63,301 bases of DNA from Archangium sp. (GCA_031367385.1 JANLPS010000327.1:1-63301); one strand, 5' to 3'. Positions 9,836 through 22,290 are shown, counted from the stretch's first letter. The notes: generated from the letters alone by a model not told the origin. A program made the numbers and translations.

Positions 9836-10961
9836 GCGTGGTGTCGATCTCGGCGTTGACCGCCTTGAGCATGTCTTGCTTCTCGCGAAAGGGCAGGAAC
9901 GCGCTCTTGAACCCTGAGACCATCACCGTGGTGAGGTCTTCGAGCGAGAGCCCGAGCTCTTTGTGCGCGATCCAGTACTCCTGGGTCGCGGTGGTGTTGG
10001 TGATCAACCGGTTGTCGGTGTTGAGCGTCACCCGCAGGCCGTAGTCGAGATAAAATTTGAGCGGGTGCGACTTCATGTCGCTGACCGCGCGAGTCTGCAC
10101 GTTCGACGACGGGCAGCACTCGAGGGGTATGCGGTGATCGTTGACGTAGTTGAGCAAATCACCGTCTTCGCGCAGGCGAACGCCGTGGCCGATGCGGTGG
10201 GCGCCCAAGCCGTGCAGCGCCTGGGAGATTGACTCCGGCCCGTACGCCTCACCCGCGTGCGCAGTGCAATTGACGTTGTTCTTCAAGATCAACTGAAAGG
10301 CCTCTTTGTGCTCCTTGGCGGGGAAGTTGGCCTCTGCGCCAGCGAGGTCGAAGCCCACCACGCCGCGATTCTTGTACGCCACGCAGAGCTCGGCCAGGCG
10401 AACGCTGGTCTGCGGGCTCATGTGGCGAATGCCGCAGAGAATCACGCCGTACTTGATGCGGGTCTCTTGTTTCGCCGCACGCAGGCCTTCGAGCACCGAG
10501 TCGACGATCGCGGTCAGCTTGAGCCCGCGCTGCTGGTGCAACACCGGGGCATAGCGAACCTCGAGGTAGCGAACGCTCTCACTCGCGGCGTCGAGGCCGA
10601 GCTCGTAGGCGGCGCGATACAACGCCTTCTCGGTCTGCAGCACCGAGCAGGTGACGTCGAAGGCGACCAGGTAGTCTTCGAGGTTCTTGCAGATTTCGCC
10701 CATGTGAATGTGCTTGGCGAGGCCCTTCTCGTCGGCCGCGGGCAACTTCACTTTTTGCTCTTCGGCCAGCTCGAGAATGGTCTTGAGCCGCATGCTGCCG
10801 TCGAGGTGGCAGTGCAAATCAGTCTTCGGCAACGCGCGGAGCAGCTCCTCGGTCACCTCGATCTTCGGTATCTCGAGCGACGGGGGCCCGGGCGGGTGCC
10901 AGGCGGTTGACGAAATACCAGCCGATGAAGGCGACGACTCGTCATCGTGAAACGATGTCAT
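9780..10961 (-). CDS. add: Adenosine deaminase
   Basis: PKTDLHCHLDGS, TAHAGE, RIGHG, ECCPSSN, NTDN. Confidence 0.95.
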   Translation of the reverse strand: MTSFHDDESSPSSAGISSTAWHPPGPPSLEIPKIEVTEELLRALPKTDLHCHLDGSMRLKTILELAEEQKVKLPAADEKGLAKHIHMGEICKNLEDYLVAFDVTCSVLQTEKALYRAAYELGLDAASESVRYLEVRYAPVLHQQRGLKLTAIVDSVLEGLRAAKQETRIKYGVILCGIRHMSPQTSVRLAELCVAYKNRGVVGFDLAGAEANFPAKEHKEAFQLILKNNVNCTAHAGEAYGPESISQALHGLGAHRIGHGVRLREDGDLLNYVNDHRIPLECCPSSNVQTRAVSDMKSHPLKFYLDYGLRVTLNTDNRLITNTTATQEYWIAHKELGLSLEDLTTVMVSGFKSAFLPFREKQDMLKAVNAEIDTTLKTFERQQSMKVPPAAGR

Positions 10962-11018
10962 GGCGCACCGTATTCGGCGCTTCGCGCAGCAGCAACCTCA
11001 TCGTTTGAACACGCTGCG

Positions 11019-12026
11019 TCAGGGGCAGGTCGCGGCCTTGACCGAGCCCAAGCCCGTGCCGGTGGTCGTGATGCTCGAGACCGTGCCATTCGAGTAGCCG
11101 ATTGAAGCGCTTTGGTTTGGCGTTGAACCGCTGAAGCTCCGGGACCACGTCGATGGTCGGCCGCTCGAGTAGCCGAACGACTCCGAGACGTTCTCGGTTT
11201 TGCCGCTGAACGACCTCGACCACGTCGAGATCAACCCGCTGGAGAAGCCGAATGACTCCGAGACGTTTTCAGTCGCGCCGCTGTACGATCGCGTCCACGT
11301 TGAGAGCTTGCCGCTCGAGTACCCGAAGGTCTCCGAGACGTTCTGGGTTTTGCCACTGAACGACCGCGTCCAGGTCGAGATGTTGCCGCTCGAATAGCCG
11401 AATGACTCAGAGATGTTTTCAGTCGAGCCGGTGTACGAGCGCGACCAGGTCGAGAGGCGGCCGCTGGAGTAGCCGAATGACTCGCTCCACCCTTCGCCAG
11501 TGCTCGGCGAGTAGCTCATTGAAGACACGTGGCCATTCGAGTGATTCACGTTGAAGCTGCCAACCCCCGGGCTCACCTCTGCACGCAGCTCGAGGCAGGT
11601 GGCCCAGCGCTCCCGGAGCGACGCGCGGTCGGCAGCCCACGAGACGTTGACGGGCACGCAGATGCCGTAGGGAGTCGTGACGCCGAAGGAGACCACTGCT
11701 GCACTGGTCAGCGAGTCCAAATCGTCACAGCCGAGCACCCCAGTCCCGCCGCCCGTACCGCCGCCAGAGCCTCCCCCCGAGCCCCCGCCCGAGCCCCCGC
11801 CCGAGCCCGAAGAGGCGCGGCAAATGCCTGAGCCGCAGACCTGCGCGGAGGTGCAGGCCGAGCATGTGGCTCCACCGGTACCGCAGACGCTGTCAGAAGA
11901 GCCCGGCTCGCAGCGGTCTCCGGCGCAACAGCCACCGCAATTGGCCGCCGAGCAGGTGGTCACGGCGCTCGGGGCGCCGCTGCAGCCAATCAGGGTCAGC
12001 GCAACGGCGAGTGCGAGCGATTTCAT
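11019..12026 (-). CDS. Lipoprotein with Cys-rich domain, Gly linker and 25-aa tandem repeats
   Basis: Lipobox LIGC; CSAANCGGCC...C domain; GGGS linker; five SESFGYSSG..STW.RS..G.TEN units. Confidence 0.8.
   Translation of the reverse strand: MKSLALAVALTLIGCSGAPSAVTTCSAANCGGCCAGDRCEPGSSDSVCGTGGATCSACTSAQVCGSGICRASSGSGGGSGGGSGGGSGGGTGGGTGVLGCDDLDSLTSAAVVSFGVTTPYGICVPVNVSWAADRASLRERWATCLELRAEVSPGVGSFNVNHSNGHVSSMSYSPSTGEGWSESFGYSSGRLSTWSRSYTGSTENISESFGYSSGNISTWTRSFSGKTQNVSETFGYSSGKLSTWTRSYSGATENVSESFGFSSGLISTWSRSFSGKTENVSESFGYSSGRPSTWSRSFSGSTPNQSASIGYSNGTVSSITTTGTGLGSVKAATCP
11112..11486 (-). repeat. Five intragenic 75-bp (25-aa) tandem repeats
   Basis: Units such as SESFGYSSGRLSTWSRSYTGSTENI and SESFGYSSGNISTWTRSFSGKTQNV at exact 75-nt period. 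Confidence 0.9.
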
Positions 12027-12046
12027 CGCGCCGCCTTACACCAGAT

Positions 12047-12304
12047 TCACCCCGCCTTCGCCTCGCGGTAATCGTCGAGGGCACAGGCCAGCTTCACCAC
12101 CACCAGACCGCCGATCAAAAACGGCCAGATGCCGGGTATCGAGTTATCGAAGGCCGGAGAGACCTTGATCTCGGCCCCCTGCGCCAGGTTGCCGCCGATC
12201 AGCATCAACAACCCCACCGCGGGCCGCTTGCCGACGTACAGCGTGCCCCCGCCAAAGAGGAAGAAGTTGAGCACCGCAGCGACGATTGGGTTTTTCTTGG
12301 TCAT
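12047..12304 (-). CDS. Small membrane protein (TM2-like N-terminus)
   Basis: KKNPIVAAVLNFFLFGGGTLYVGK pattern; hydrophobic; divergent from the HxlR regulator. Confidence 0.7.
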   Translation of the reverse strand: MTKKNPIVAAVLNFFLFGGGTLYVGKRPAVGLLMLIGGNLAQGAEIKVSPAFDNSIPGIWPFLIGGLVVVKLACALDDYREAKAG

Positions 12305-12316
12305 GATATGCAATAC

Positions 12317-12344
12317 TGCAAGTAGTCACTTGCACAAAACAAGT
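12317..12344. promoter_or_regulatory. Overlapping inverted repeats, candidate HxlR operator
   Basis: TGCAAGT-N4-ACTTGCA (12317-12334) and ACTTG-N7-CAAGT (12328-12344) in the AT-rich divergent gap. Confidence 0.55.
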
Positions 12345-12357
12345 AAAGAGGTTGCTG

Positions 12358-13053
12358 ATGCGGAGTTACGAGCAATTGTGTGGGCTTGCGCTGGCCCTCG
12401 ATCGGGTCGGTGAGCGCTGGGCGCTGCTGGTGGTGCGTGAGCTGCTGGCCGGGCCGCGGCGATTCGCCGACTTGCTGGTCGGCATGCCCGGAGTGGCGAC
12501 CAACACCCTCACCTCTCGACTCGAAGAGCTCGAGGCGGCCGGAGTCATCGCCCGCGGGTTCTTACCGCCTCCCGCGGCGAGCGCGGTCTACGAGCTGACC
12601 GTGCGCGGCCGAGCGCTGGAGCCCGTCGTGCTGGCCTTCGCGACCTGGGGCACCGCCGAGGTCAAGGCGGTGATGGCCGACCCGAAGCGCGCGCGCACGC
12701 TGGCACCGCTGCGAAGTACGTGGTTGGCGCTGGCGCTCAAGGCCCACTTCACGCCGCCGAATCGCAAGCTGTCAGGGCGGTTGCAGCTGGTTCTGCCGAC
12801 CGGCGACTTGGGGCTGGTGGTTGGCCGTGCGGCGCTCGAGCTGGTGTACGGCGCGGTCTCGAGCCCCGACGTGCGCTTGGCCACGAATGAAAACGGAGTC
12901 ATCGCGCTGGTGACTCACCAGATCACCCTCACCGCGGCCGTCGACACGGGCCTCGCCAAGCTCGAAGGCGACGCGGTGCTCGCCGAGCAGTTGCTGAGCT
13001 GTTTTCCAATTGGTGACCAGGCCGCCTCGGCAAACGACGTCAGTCCGAGTTGA
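12358..13053 (+). CDS. HxlR-family winged-helix regulator with C-terminal SCP2-like domain
   Basis: YEQLCGLALALDRVGERWALLVVRELLAGPRRF, YELT.RG; C-terminal PDVRL...LEGD. Confidence 0.88.
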   Translation: MRSYEQLCGLALALDRVGERWALLVVRELLAGPRRFADLLVGMPGVATNTLTSRLEELEAAGVIARGFLPPPAASAVYELTVRGRALEPVVLAFATWGTAEVKAVMADPKRARTLAPLRSTWLALALKAHFTPPNRKLSGRLQLVLPTGDLGLVVGRAALELVYGAVSSPDVRLATNENGVIALVTHQITLTAAVDTGLAKLEGDAVLAEQLLSCFPIGDQAASANDVSPS

Positions 13054-13130
13054 TCGAACGACCTCGAGGCGTGGTGACCCGCAGCGCGCCAGAACGAGCG
13101 CCACGGCTCATCGCGCCGATGATCGTCTCG

Positions 13131-15548
13131 CTAGCTCGGAGTCAAGAACCGGGCGACGACGGTCTTCACGCCGATCGCGTCGGCAAACCGAACCGTCAGC
13201 TTCGCGTTGGGGCCCTTGCCGTTGACGCTCAGCACCACTCCGCGGCCGAATTGCGAGTGCGAGACCCGCATGCCCTTGAGCTCTTCGTCGCCACCCGATT
13301 GGTGAAAGTCGGTCGACTGATCATAGGTGCGGTCGACCACCGGGCCACGGTCATCATCGAACGATCGACGCCGAATCAACGGCGCGTGCGCCATCGGAGC
13401 CACGTTCGGCATCACGTCTTGATCATCGCTGAACCCGAACAGCTCCTTGGGCACTTCGGCCAGAAACCGAGACGGCGCATTGAACCGCAGCTCACCGAAC
13501 AGCGCCCGGCTCTGGGCCATTGAGCAGATCAACCGCCTGCGCGCTCGAGTGAAGCCGACGTAACAAAGCCGTCGCTCCTCGGCCATCTCCTCCTCTGACG
13601 CCTCGGGCTTGGTCGCGCGCCGATGGGGGAAAACCTCTTCCTCCATGCCGGTGAGAAACACGACGTCGAACTCGAGCCCCTTGGCCGCGTGCAGGGTCAT
13701 CACCGAGACCCGGTTTTGCCCATTGCCGGTCGGGCCATCGGCCTCACCCACCAGGCTCACCTGCTCGAGAAACGCCTGCAACGGGGGCGCAAAGACCTCG
13801 AGCGAGGTCGAGTCGTCGACCGTGGTCACGGCGGGCTTGGGCACCTCGCCCTTGCGCATGACCGCCGCGAAAAGATCACCCTGCGGCGACGGCGGAGCCG
13901 CCTCCTCGGTCACCTCGGGCAGCGGAGGGTCGACCTTCACCTCTCCCTCGGCGGTCTGCACTCCCAGCCGCTCGGCCCGCTGGCGATCGAACTCCTGGGT
14001 TGCGGTGAGCAACTCGCGCAGGTTCTCAGCCCGGGTCATCGACTCTTCAGACCCCTCGGCCATGTGCGACATCACGAGGCCCGTCTCCGAGAGCATGTAC
14101 TCAGCCGCTTTCGACGCGTCGGGGCTGCTCAGCATGAACTTCGACAATCGCTCGAGCAGTGAGCGAAACCCGACCAGCCGTTTCACCGCGCCCGAGTTCA
14201 GCGAGGCGACGCGGGTCGGCTCTTCAATCGCCTCGTACAAGCTGATGCCGTTCTCAGCCGCGTAGTCGCTCAAGCGCTCCACGGTGGTGTCTCCGATGCC
14301 GCGGGCCGGCACGTTGATCACTCGCAGCAAGTCAGCGTCAGAGCGCGGGTTCACCATCAACCGCAGGTAGCTCGCGGCATCGCGAATTTCGGCGCGGTCG
14401 TAGAAGCTTCGGCCCGAGACCAGCACGTACGGCACCCGGTTGAGCCTGAAGGTCTCCTCGATCACCCGGCTCTGCGCATTGGTGCGGTAAAACACCGCCA
14501 TCTCGTCGTAGTCGCAGATGCCCTGGTGTCGCAGATCATGAATCTGCTGGGCCACTTGCTGCGCTTCACCCCGCTCGTCTCGCGCGACGATCAGGCCGAG
14601 ATTTTCGCCGCGTGCCCGGGCGCTCCACAGCTTCTTGGGCATTCGGCGGCGGTTCATCGCGATCACTGCGTGGGCGGCCTCGAGCACGGTCTGATCAGAC
14701 CTGTAATTCTGCTCGAGCTTGACCACCTGCGCGCCGGGGTACGCGGTGGGAAAACCCAAGATGTTATCGACGTCAGCGCCACGCCATCGGTAGATGCTCT
14801 GATCGTCGTCGCCGACCACCACCACGTTCGACCCCGGCGGAGGCGCCAGCAGCTTGAGCAGCTCATACTGTACCGGGTTGGTGTCTTGAAACTCGTCGAC
14901 CAGCACGTGGCTGAAGCGGCGGTTGTAGTGAAGGCGAACCTCTTCGTTGGTGCGAAAGAGCTCGACCAACAGCAACAGCAAGTCGCCGAAGTCGACCGCG
15001 TTCGCCGCCCGCAGGAGCTTCTGGTACTGCCGGTATACCTTCTGCGCCGTCTGGGCCTTTGGGTCAGGTGACGGTATCGCCTGCTCGGGCAACCGGCCTG
15101 CATTCTTCTCAGCGTCAATGCGCGAGAGCATGTCGCGCGGAGTCACACTCGCGACATCGACCCCAGCCTCGCGAATCGCCCGGCGCACCAGCGACATTTG
15201 ATCGCTGTCGTCGTAGATCAAGAACGAGCGGGTCAAGCCGATGTTCTCGGCTTCACGTCGTAAGATCATCGCCGACGCCGAGTGAAACGTGCTCACCGTC
15301 AGCCCACTCGCAGCGGGGCCCAGCAGCACCTCGAGGCGCTCGCGCATCTCCTTGGCGGCTTTGTTGGTGAAGGTGACCGCCAGAATCTTCCACGGGGGCA
15401 CTTGGCGCTCTTGCACCAGAAACGCGATACGCCTCGTAATCACTCGGGTTTTGCCCGACCCGGCGCCGGCCAACACCAGCAGCGGGCCGCGCTCATGCAG
15501 CACGGCTTCGCGTTGAGGGGGGTTGAGATCGTCGAGTGACTCAGCCAT
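13131..15548 (-). CDS. uvrD: ATP-dependent DNA helicase UvrD/PcrA
   Basis: AGAGSGKT, VDEFQD, GDDDQSIY, LEQNYRS, TLHAAKGLEF, EERRLCYVG; C-terminal Tudor-like domain. Confidence 0.95.
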   Translation of the reverse strand: MAESLDDLNPPQREAVLHERGPLLVLAGAGSGKTRVITRRIAFLVQERQVPPWKILAVTFTNKAAKEMRERLEVLLGPAASGLTVSTFHSASAMILRREAENIGLTRSFLIYDDSDQMSLVRRAIREAGVDVASVTPRDMLSRIDAEKNAGRLPEQAIPSPDPKAQTAQKVYRQYQKLLRAANAVDFGDLLLLLVELFRTNEEVRLHYNRRFSHVLVDEFQDTNPVQYELLKLLAPPPGSNVVVVGDDDQSIYRWRGADVDNILGFPTAYPGAQVVKLEQNYRSDQTVLEAAHAVIAMNRRRMPKKLWSARARGENLGLIVARDERGEAQQVAQQIHDLRHQGICDYDEMAVFYRTNAQSRVIEETFRLNRVPYVLVSGRSFYDRAEIRDAASYLRLMVNPRSDADLLRVINVPARGIGDTTVERLSDYAAENGISLYEAIEEPTRVASLNSGAVKRLVGFRSLLERLSKFMLSSPDASKAAEYMLSETGLVMSHMAEGSEESMTRAENLRELLTATQEFDRQRAERLGVQTAEGEVKVDPPLPEVTEEAAPPSPQGDLFAAVMRKGEVPKPAVTTVDDSTSLEVFAPPLQAFLEQVSLVGEADGPTGNGQNRVSVMTLHAAKGLEFDVVFLTGMEEEVFPHRRATKPEASEEEMAEERRLCYVGFTRARRRLICSMAQSRALFGELRFNAPSRFLAEVPKELFGFSDDQDVMPNVAPMAHAPLIRRRSFDDDRGPVVDRTYDQSTDFHQSGGDEELKGMRVSHSQFGRGVVLSVNGKGPNAKLTVRFADAIGVKTVVARFLTPS

Positions 15549-15675
15549 TTCGCAGTGCTTCTACACGTTTTTCGCGCGAGGAGCCGTTGACCTCACTCAT
15601 GCCCGAATGTGAGTTCGTCGAGACGTGCTCGTCCGCGATTCAACGCAGCCTCCACGGCTTTGCGCTCATCAGTTT

Positions 15676-16197
15676 TCATATCGCGCCTCGAGCGTGCTTG
15701 CGGAACGATTGCGCGATGCGATTCGAGCCCGCGGCCGTGAGGTGTTCGAAAAATACCTGAATCGTGTTCGCGACGATGTCGGGCTGCTCGAATTCAGGCT
15801 CTCCGCCCTGAACGACATGAAGCTCAGGGTTGCCAAGTGCAAAATACCCGTACCCATCTTCTACGGTGTGCACGAGGGGAAAGTGCCTGTCCCAGAAGTT
15901 GACGATGCCACGGAGCATCGCCGTTGCGCCGCCTGCCGCTTCGAGCGACTGAAGTTCCCACTCATTCCAAGCAAACGCGGAGTCGCTCAATTTGGAGAGG
16001 TCGAGTGCTGTGACAAACCATGCCTGACCATCGGCAGAAACCACGCTTCTCGTCTCTTCAAGAAACCTTACGTGCGATTCCGGGAGCCACCCGTACCGAG
16101 CACGAATTGCTGCTGGGAGCGCACAGCGCTCACCAAGCTCGACCGCCCACCCGGCAGCTGAGAGCGAATGAAGCGCTGTCGAATAGGCCTCGTTCAT
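15676..16197 (-). CDS. SMI1/KNR4 (SUKH)-like immunity protein
   Basis: LP.....F...W, FAWNEWE..SLEAA, FWDRHFP, GYGYFAL, GGEPEFE...VA.TI..FF pattern. Confidence 0.65.
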   Translation of the reverse strand: MNEAYSTALHSLSAAGWAVELGERCALPAAIRARYGWLPESHVRFLEETRSVVSADGQAWFVTALDLSKLSDSAFAWNEWELQSLEAAGGATAMLRGIVNFWDRHFPLVHTVEDGYGYFALGNPELHVVQGGEPEFEQPDIVANTIQVFFEHLTAAGSNRIAQSFRKHARGAI

Positions 16198-16227
16198 GGG
16201 CCCTCGCGCTCGGCTGCAGGAGTCACT

Positions 16228-18636
<2,409 letters not shown>

Positions 18637-18689
18637 TCAGACCTCGTTGTACTTCACAGCGGCCGGCAGTTCGACCATTCGCCTTCACT

Positions 18690-20894
18690 TCACGGCGCCT
18701 TCGACCGCACGCCCAATTGCTGAAACAAGAACACATCTTCATCGACGGCCGCCTCGATGGTCTTGCTGACCTGGTCTGCCCCGCCGTGGCCGGCCGCCAC
18801 TTCGATGCGCAGCCATGCTGTACCGCGCCCGGGGCTGGCTTGCTGCATTCTGGCGACGAACTTTCGGGCGTGCATCGGGTCGACCCGGTCGTCGTGATCT
18901 GACGACATCATCAACAACGGCGGGTACGACGCCCCATCTTTCACGTGGTGGTAGGGCGAATACGCCTCAAGCACCTTGAATTGCTCGGCATTCTCGGCAT
19001 TGCCATACTCTGATGACCACGTCATGCCCGAGCCGAACTGGTGGTAGCGCACCATGTCGAGCAGGGGCACACCACAGATCACAGCACCATAGAGCTCGGG
19101 GTGTTGGGTGATCGCGGCGCCCACCAGCAGCCCCCCGTTCGAGCGCCCCGAGATGGCCAGCCGCTTGGGCTGCGTGTACTTCGCAGCCACGAGGTACTGG
19201 GCGGCCGCGGCGAAGTCGTCGAACACGTTTTGCTTGTTGGCCAACATGCCGCCCTCATGCCAGCGCTTGCCGTACTCGCCGCCGCCCCGCAGGTTCGCCA
19301 GTGCGAAGACGCCGCCTGCTTCGAGCCAGGGGTAAATGAACGCGGTGAAGCTGCTGTGCATGGCGAGGTTGAAGCCGCCGTACCCCGTGAGCAGCACCGG
19401 GTTGTTGCCGTCGAGCTTCAGGTCTTTCGCGCCCACCACGAACATGGTGACCGGCGTGCCGTCTTTCGACGGGTAGGTGAGCTGCTTCACCTCGTATTTC
19501 GAGGCGTCGATGGGCAGCTCGACCTTCGCCCAGACCGAGGTCTTGCCTGAGCGCACCTCGGTCTTGAGCACCGAAGGCGGGTCGACGAACGAGCTGAAAG
19601 CGAAAAACACCTCGTCGTCGTCTTGCTGCCCCGAGACTGACGACGTGCTGCCCAGGCCAGGCAGCTCGATCTCTCGAATTTTTTTGCCATCGAGCGAAAA
19701 CAGCTCGAGGTGAGAGACCGCTTTCTTGAGCGAGGCCACCACCAGCTGCCCGCCAACGATGCCGAACGACGTGCGCGAGGCCTCGGGGTCTTCGGCCAGC
19801 AGCAGCTTCCAATTGGCGCGCTGGGGCTTGGCGGGGTCGATGACGAAGAGCTGTTGGTTGGGAGCCCCCTCATTGGTCATCACATAAAAGCGACCCTTGA
19901 ACGCCTCGAACCCGTAGGTCGAGTCACGGCTCTCGATCAGCGGGGTGAACGCTTTGTCTTTGCCGACGCGCTTGAACCAAGTGCTGTTCGCCGTCCACCC
20001 GTGAGAAATGGTGATGAACAAGAACTGCCCATCGCGAGAGAGCTCGCCTGCGATGAACTCCTGGGCGCTGCCGGTCTTGCCGTGCAGCACAACATCTTTG
20101 GCGGGGTCTTGGCCTAGCACGTGCTGGCGTACCTCGGCGTACCCAGGCCGCTCAGCGACGGGTATGGCGGGGTCGGTGGGCAGCCAGGTGTAGATGAAGC
20201 TCTTCGAGTCGGGAGCCCACGAGGGCGAGGCGTACTTGCCGCCGGGTATCACGTCGATCTCGCTGCGCTTGCCGCTTTCGACGTCGATGACCATCAGCGT
20301 CGCCTCGTCGGCGTTGTTCGGCTTCTGCCCGAACGCGACCTTCTTCCCATCCCACGAGGGTGACCAGGTGCCCAGAGACACGGTGTTGTCGGCCGACCAG
20401 GTGTTCGGGTCGAACAGCACGTGCTCTTCGCCCTTCTCGCCCTGCCGCCAGACGACGATCTCCTTGTCCTGCTCCTTGCGTTGCCGGGTGTAGAACAAGC
20501 GGCCGCCGAACTTGTGGGGCACGCCCACCTCATCGATCGCGAAGAGCTCGGTGAAGCGCTTCTTGAGCGCCTCGCGGCCCGGCAAAGCGTTGAGGTGCTC
20601 GCGCGCAAAGGCGTCTTGCGCCTTCATCCACGCTTGTACTTCGGGGGCCTTCTCGTCTTCGAGCCACCGAAAGGGGTCGGCGACCGAGACCCCGTGAAGG
20701 CTCTCGTGAATCACCTGCGTTCGTGACGCAGGCGGGCGCTTTGGCTCAGTTGGGATCATGGCGTTCGGAGTGGCGGCTTCGGCCGCGGCCGCATCGAAGG
20801 CCTTCATGCGACGATCGGCGTCTCTTCGCTCGGCATCGGAGTTTGAAGCGCAAGCGACGAAGCCCATCAACATCAGCGAGGTTCGGAGGTTCAC
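18690..20894 (-). CDS. Prolyl oligopeptidase (S9A), probable lipoprotein
   Basis: DPFRWLED, NLRGGGEYG, GRSNGGLL, HDDRV, AGHG catalytic triad; N-terminal FVAC lipobox. Confidence 0.93.
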   Translation of the reverse strand: MNLRTSLMLMGFVACASNSDAERRDADRRMKAFDAAAAEAATPNAMIPTEPKRPPASRTQVIHESLHGVSVADPFRWLEDEKAPEVQAWMKAQDAFAREHLNALPGREALKKRFTELFAIDEVGVPHKFGGRLFYTRQRKEQDKEIVVWRQGEKGEEHVLFDPNTWSADNTVSLGTWSPSWDGKKVAFGQKPNNADEATLMVIDVESGKRSEIDVIPGGKYASPSWAPDSKSFIYTWLPTDPAIPVAERPGYAEVRQHVLGQDPAKDVVLHGKTGSAQEFIAGELSRDGQFLFITISHGWTANSTWFKRVGKDKAFTPLIESRDSTYGFEAFKGRFYVMTNEGAPNQQLFVIDPAKPQRANWKLLLAEDPEASRTSFGIVGGQLVVASLKKAVSHLELFSLDGKKIREIELPGLGSTSSVSGQQDDDEVFFAFSSFVDPPSVLKTEVRSGKTSVWAKVELPIDASKYEVKQLTYPSKDGTPVTMFVVGAKDLKLDGNNPVLLTGYGGFNLAMHSSFTAFIYPWLEAGGVFALANLRGGGEYGKRWHEGGMLANKQNVFDDFAAAAQYLVAAKYTQPKRLAISGRSNGGLLVGAAITQHPELYGAVICGVPLLDMVRYHQFGSGMTWSSEYGNAENAEQFKVLEAYSPYHHVKDGASYPPLLMMSSDHDDRVDPMHARKFVARMQQASPGRGTAWLRIEVAAGHGGADQVSKTIEAAVDEDVFLFQQLGVRSKAP

Positions 20895-20957
20895 CGACCC
20901 TCCTGTAGTGGCGCCGATGCCCGACGTCGAGCGACTTCGTGTCGCAAAAAAACAGAG

Positions 20958-22241
20958 CTAGGCGGCGCTCTCGGTCGACTTCGGCTTTTCGTCGCTGGTG
21001 TAGAGCTCGACCGGGCGCTTCTTGAGCAGCACGGCCTCCTCGTTGATCACGATTTCTTTCGCGGTCTTCTTCGAGGGCACCTCGTACATGATCTCGAGCA
21101 TCACGCTCTCGAGAATGGCCCGGAGGCCACGCGCGCCCGTCTTGCGCCGAATGGCTTCTTGCGAGATGGCCTTGAGCGCGCCCTCGGTGAACTTGAGGGT
21201 CACGTTGTCGAGGTCGAGCAGCTTCTTGTACTGCTTGGTCAGCGCGTTGCGCGGCTTGACCAAGATGTCGATCAACGCCGGCTCGTCGAGCTCTTCGAGC
21301 GCGGTCACCACCGGCAAGCGCCCAATGAACTCGGGGATCATGCCGAACTTGAGCAGGTCGCCAGGCTCGACGTGGTGCAACAGCTCAGAGAGCGAGCGCT
21401 CTTTCTTGCTCTTCACATCAGCACCGAAGCCCATCGAGCGGCCGCCGAGGCGCCGGTCGATGATCTGATCGAGCCCGCCAAAGGCCCCGCCGCAGATTAA
21501 CAAGATGTTGGTGGTGTCGACCTGCAGAAACTCTTGCTGGGGGTGCTTGCGGCCGCCCTTCGGGGGCACGTTCGCGACGGTGCCTTCGATGATCTTCAGC
21601 AGCGCCTGCTGCACGCCCTCGCCGCTCACGTCGCGGGTGATGCTGGGGTTCTCAGACTTGCGTGCGATCTTGTCGATCTCGTCGATGTAGACGATGCCTC
21701 GCTGGGCCCGCTCGATGTCGTGATCAGCGGCCTGCAGCAGGTTGACGATGATGTTCTCGACATCTTCGCCCACGTACCCGGCCTCGGTGAGGCAGGTGGC
21801 GTCGGCGATGGTGAAGGGCACGTTGAGAATGCGGGCCAGGGTCTGCGCCAGCAGCGTCTTGCCCGAGCCGGTGGGGCCCAGCAGCAAGATGTTCGACTTC
21901 TGAAGCTCGACGTCCTCCATCGCGACTTTTGATTCGATGCGCTTGTAGTGGTTGTGCACCGCGACCGAGAGCACCTTCTTGGCGCGCTCTTGGCCGATCA
22001 CATACTCATCGAGAATGTTCTTGATCTCACTGGGCCGGGGGATGCGCAGCTTCGTGTCTTTGGTCTCTTCGCGATCGATCTCTTCAGCGATGATGTCGTT
22101 GCACAGCCCGATGCACTCGTCGCAGATGTAGACCGTCGGCCCGGCAATCAGCTTCTTGACCTCTTTTTGCGATTTGCCGCAGAAGGAGCAACACAGCGTC
22201 TGGTTGCCCCCTCCGTCTCGCCCGACGTTCTTCGTAGCCAT
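20958..22241 (-). CDS. clpX: Clp protease ATP-binding subunit ClpX
   Basis: CSFCGK...CDEC zinc-binding domain; [24 protein letters not shown]. Confidence 0.98.
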   Translation of the reverse strand: MATKNVGRDGGGNQTLCCSFCGKSQKEVKKLIAGPTVYICDECIGLCNDIIAEEIDREETKDTKLRIPRPSEIKNILDEYVIGQERAKKVLSVAVHNHYKRIESKVAMEDVELQKSNILLLGPTGSGKTLLAQTLARILNVPFTIADATCLTEAGYVGEDVENIIVNLLQAADHDIERAQRGIVYIDEIDKIARKSENPSITRDVSGEGVQQALLKIIEGTVANVPPKGGRKHPQQEFLQVDTTNILLICGGAFGGLDQIIDRRLGGRSMGFGADVKSKKERSLSELLHHVEPGDLLKFGMIPEFIGRLPVVTALEELDEPALIDILVKPRNALTKQYKKLLDLDNVTLKFTEGALKAISQEAIRRKTGARGLRAILESVMLEIMYEVPSKKTAKEIVINEEAVLLKKRPVELYTSDEKPKSTESAA

Positions 22242-22290
22242 TATGGGTAAACCCTAATCAGGCGAGCGCGAATTCGCGAGTCTTCGCGAC

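Noticed and set aside
11112..11486. 75-bp periodic DNA as a CRISPR or non-coding array
   Set aside because: In-frame coding repeat with mostly synonymous or conservative variation
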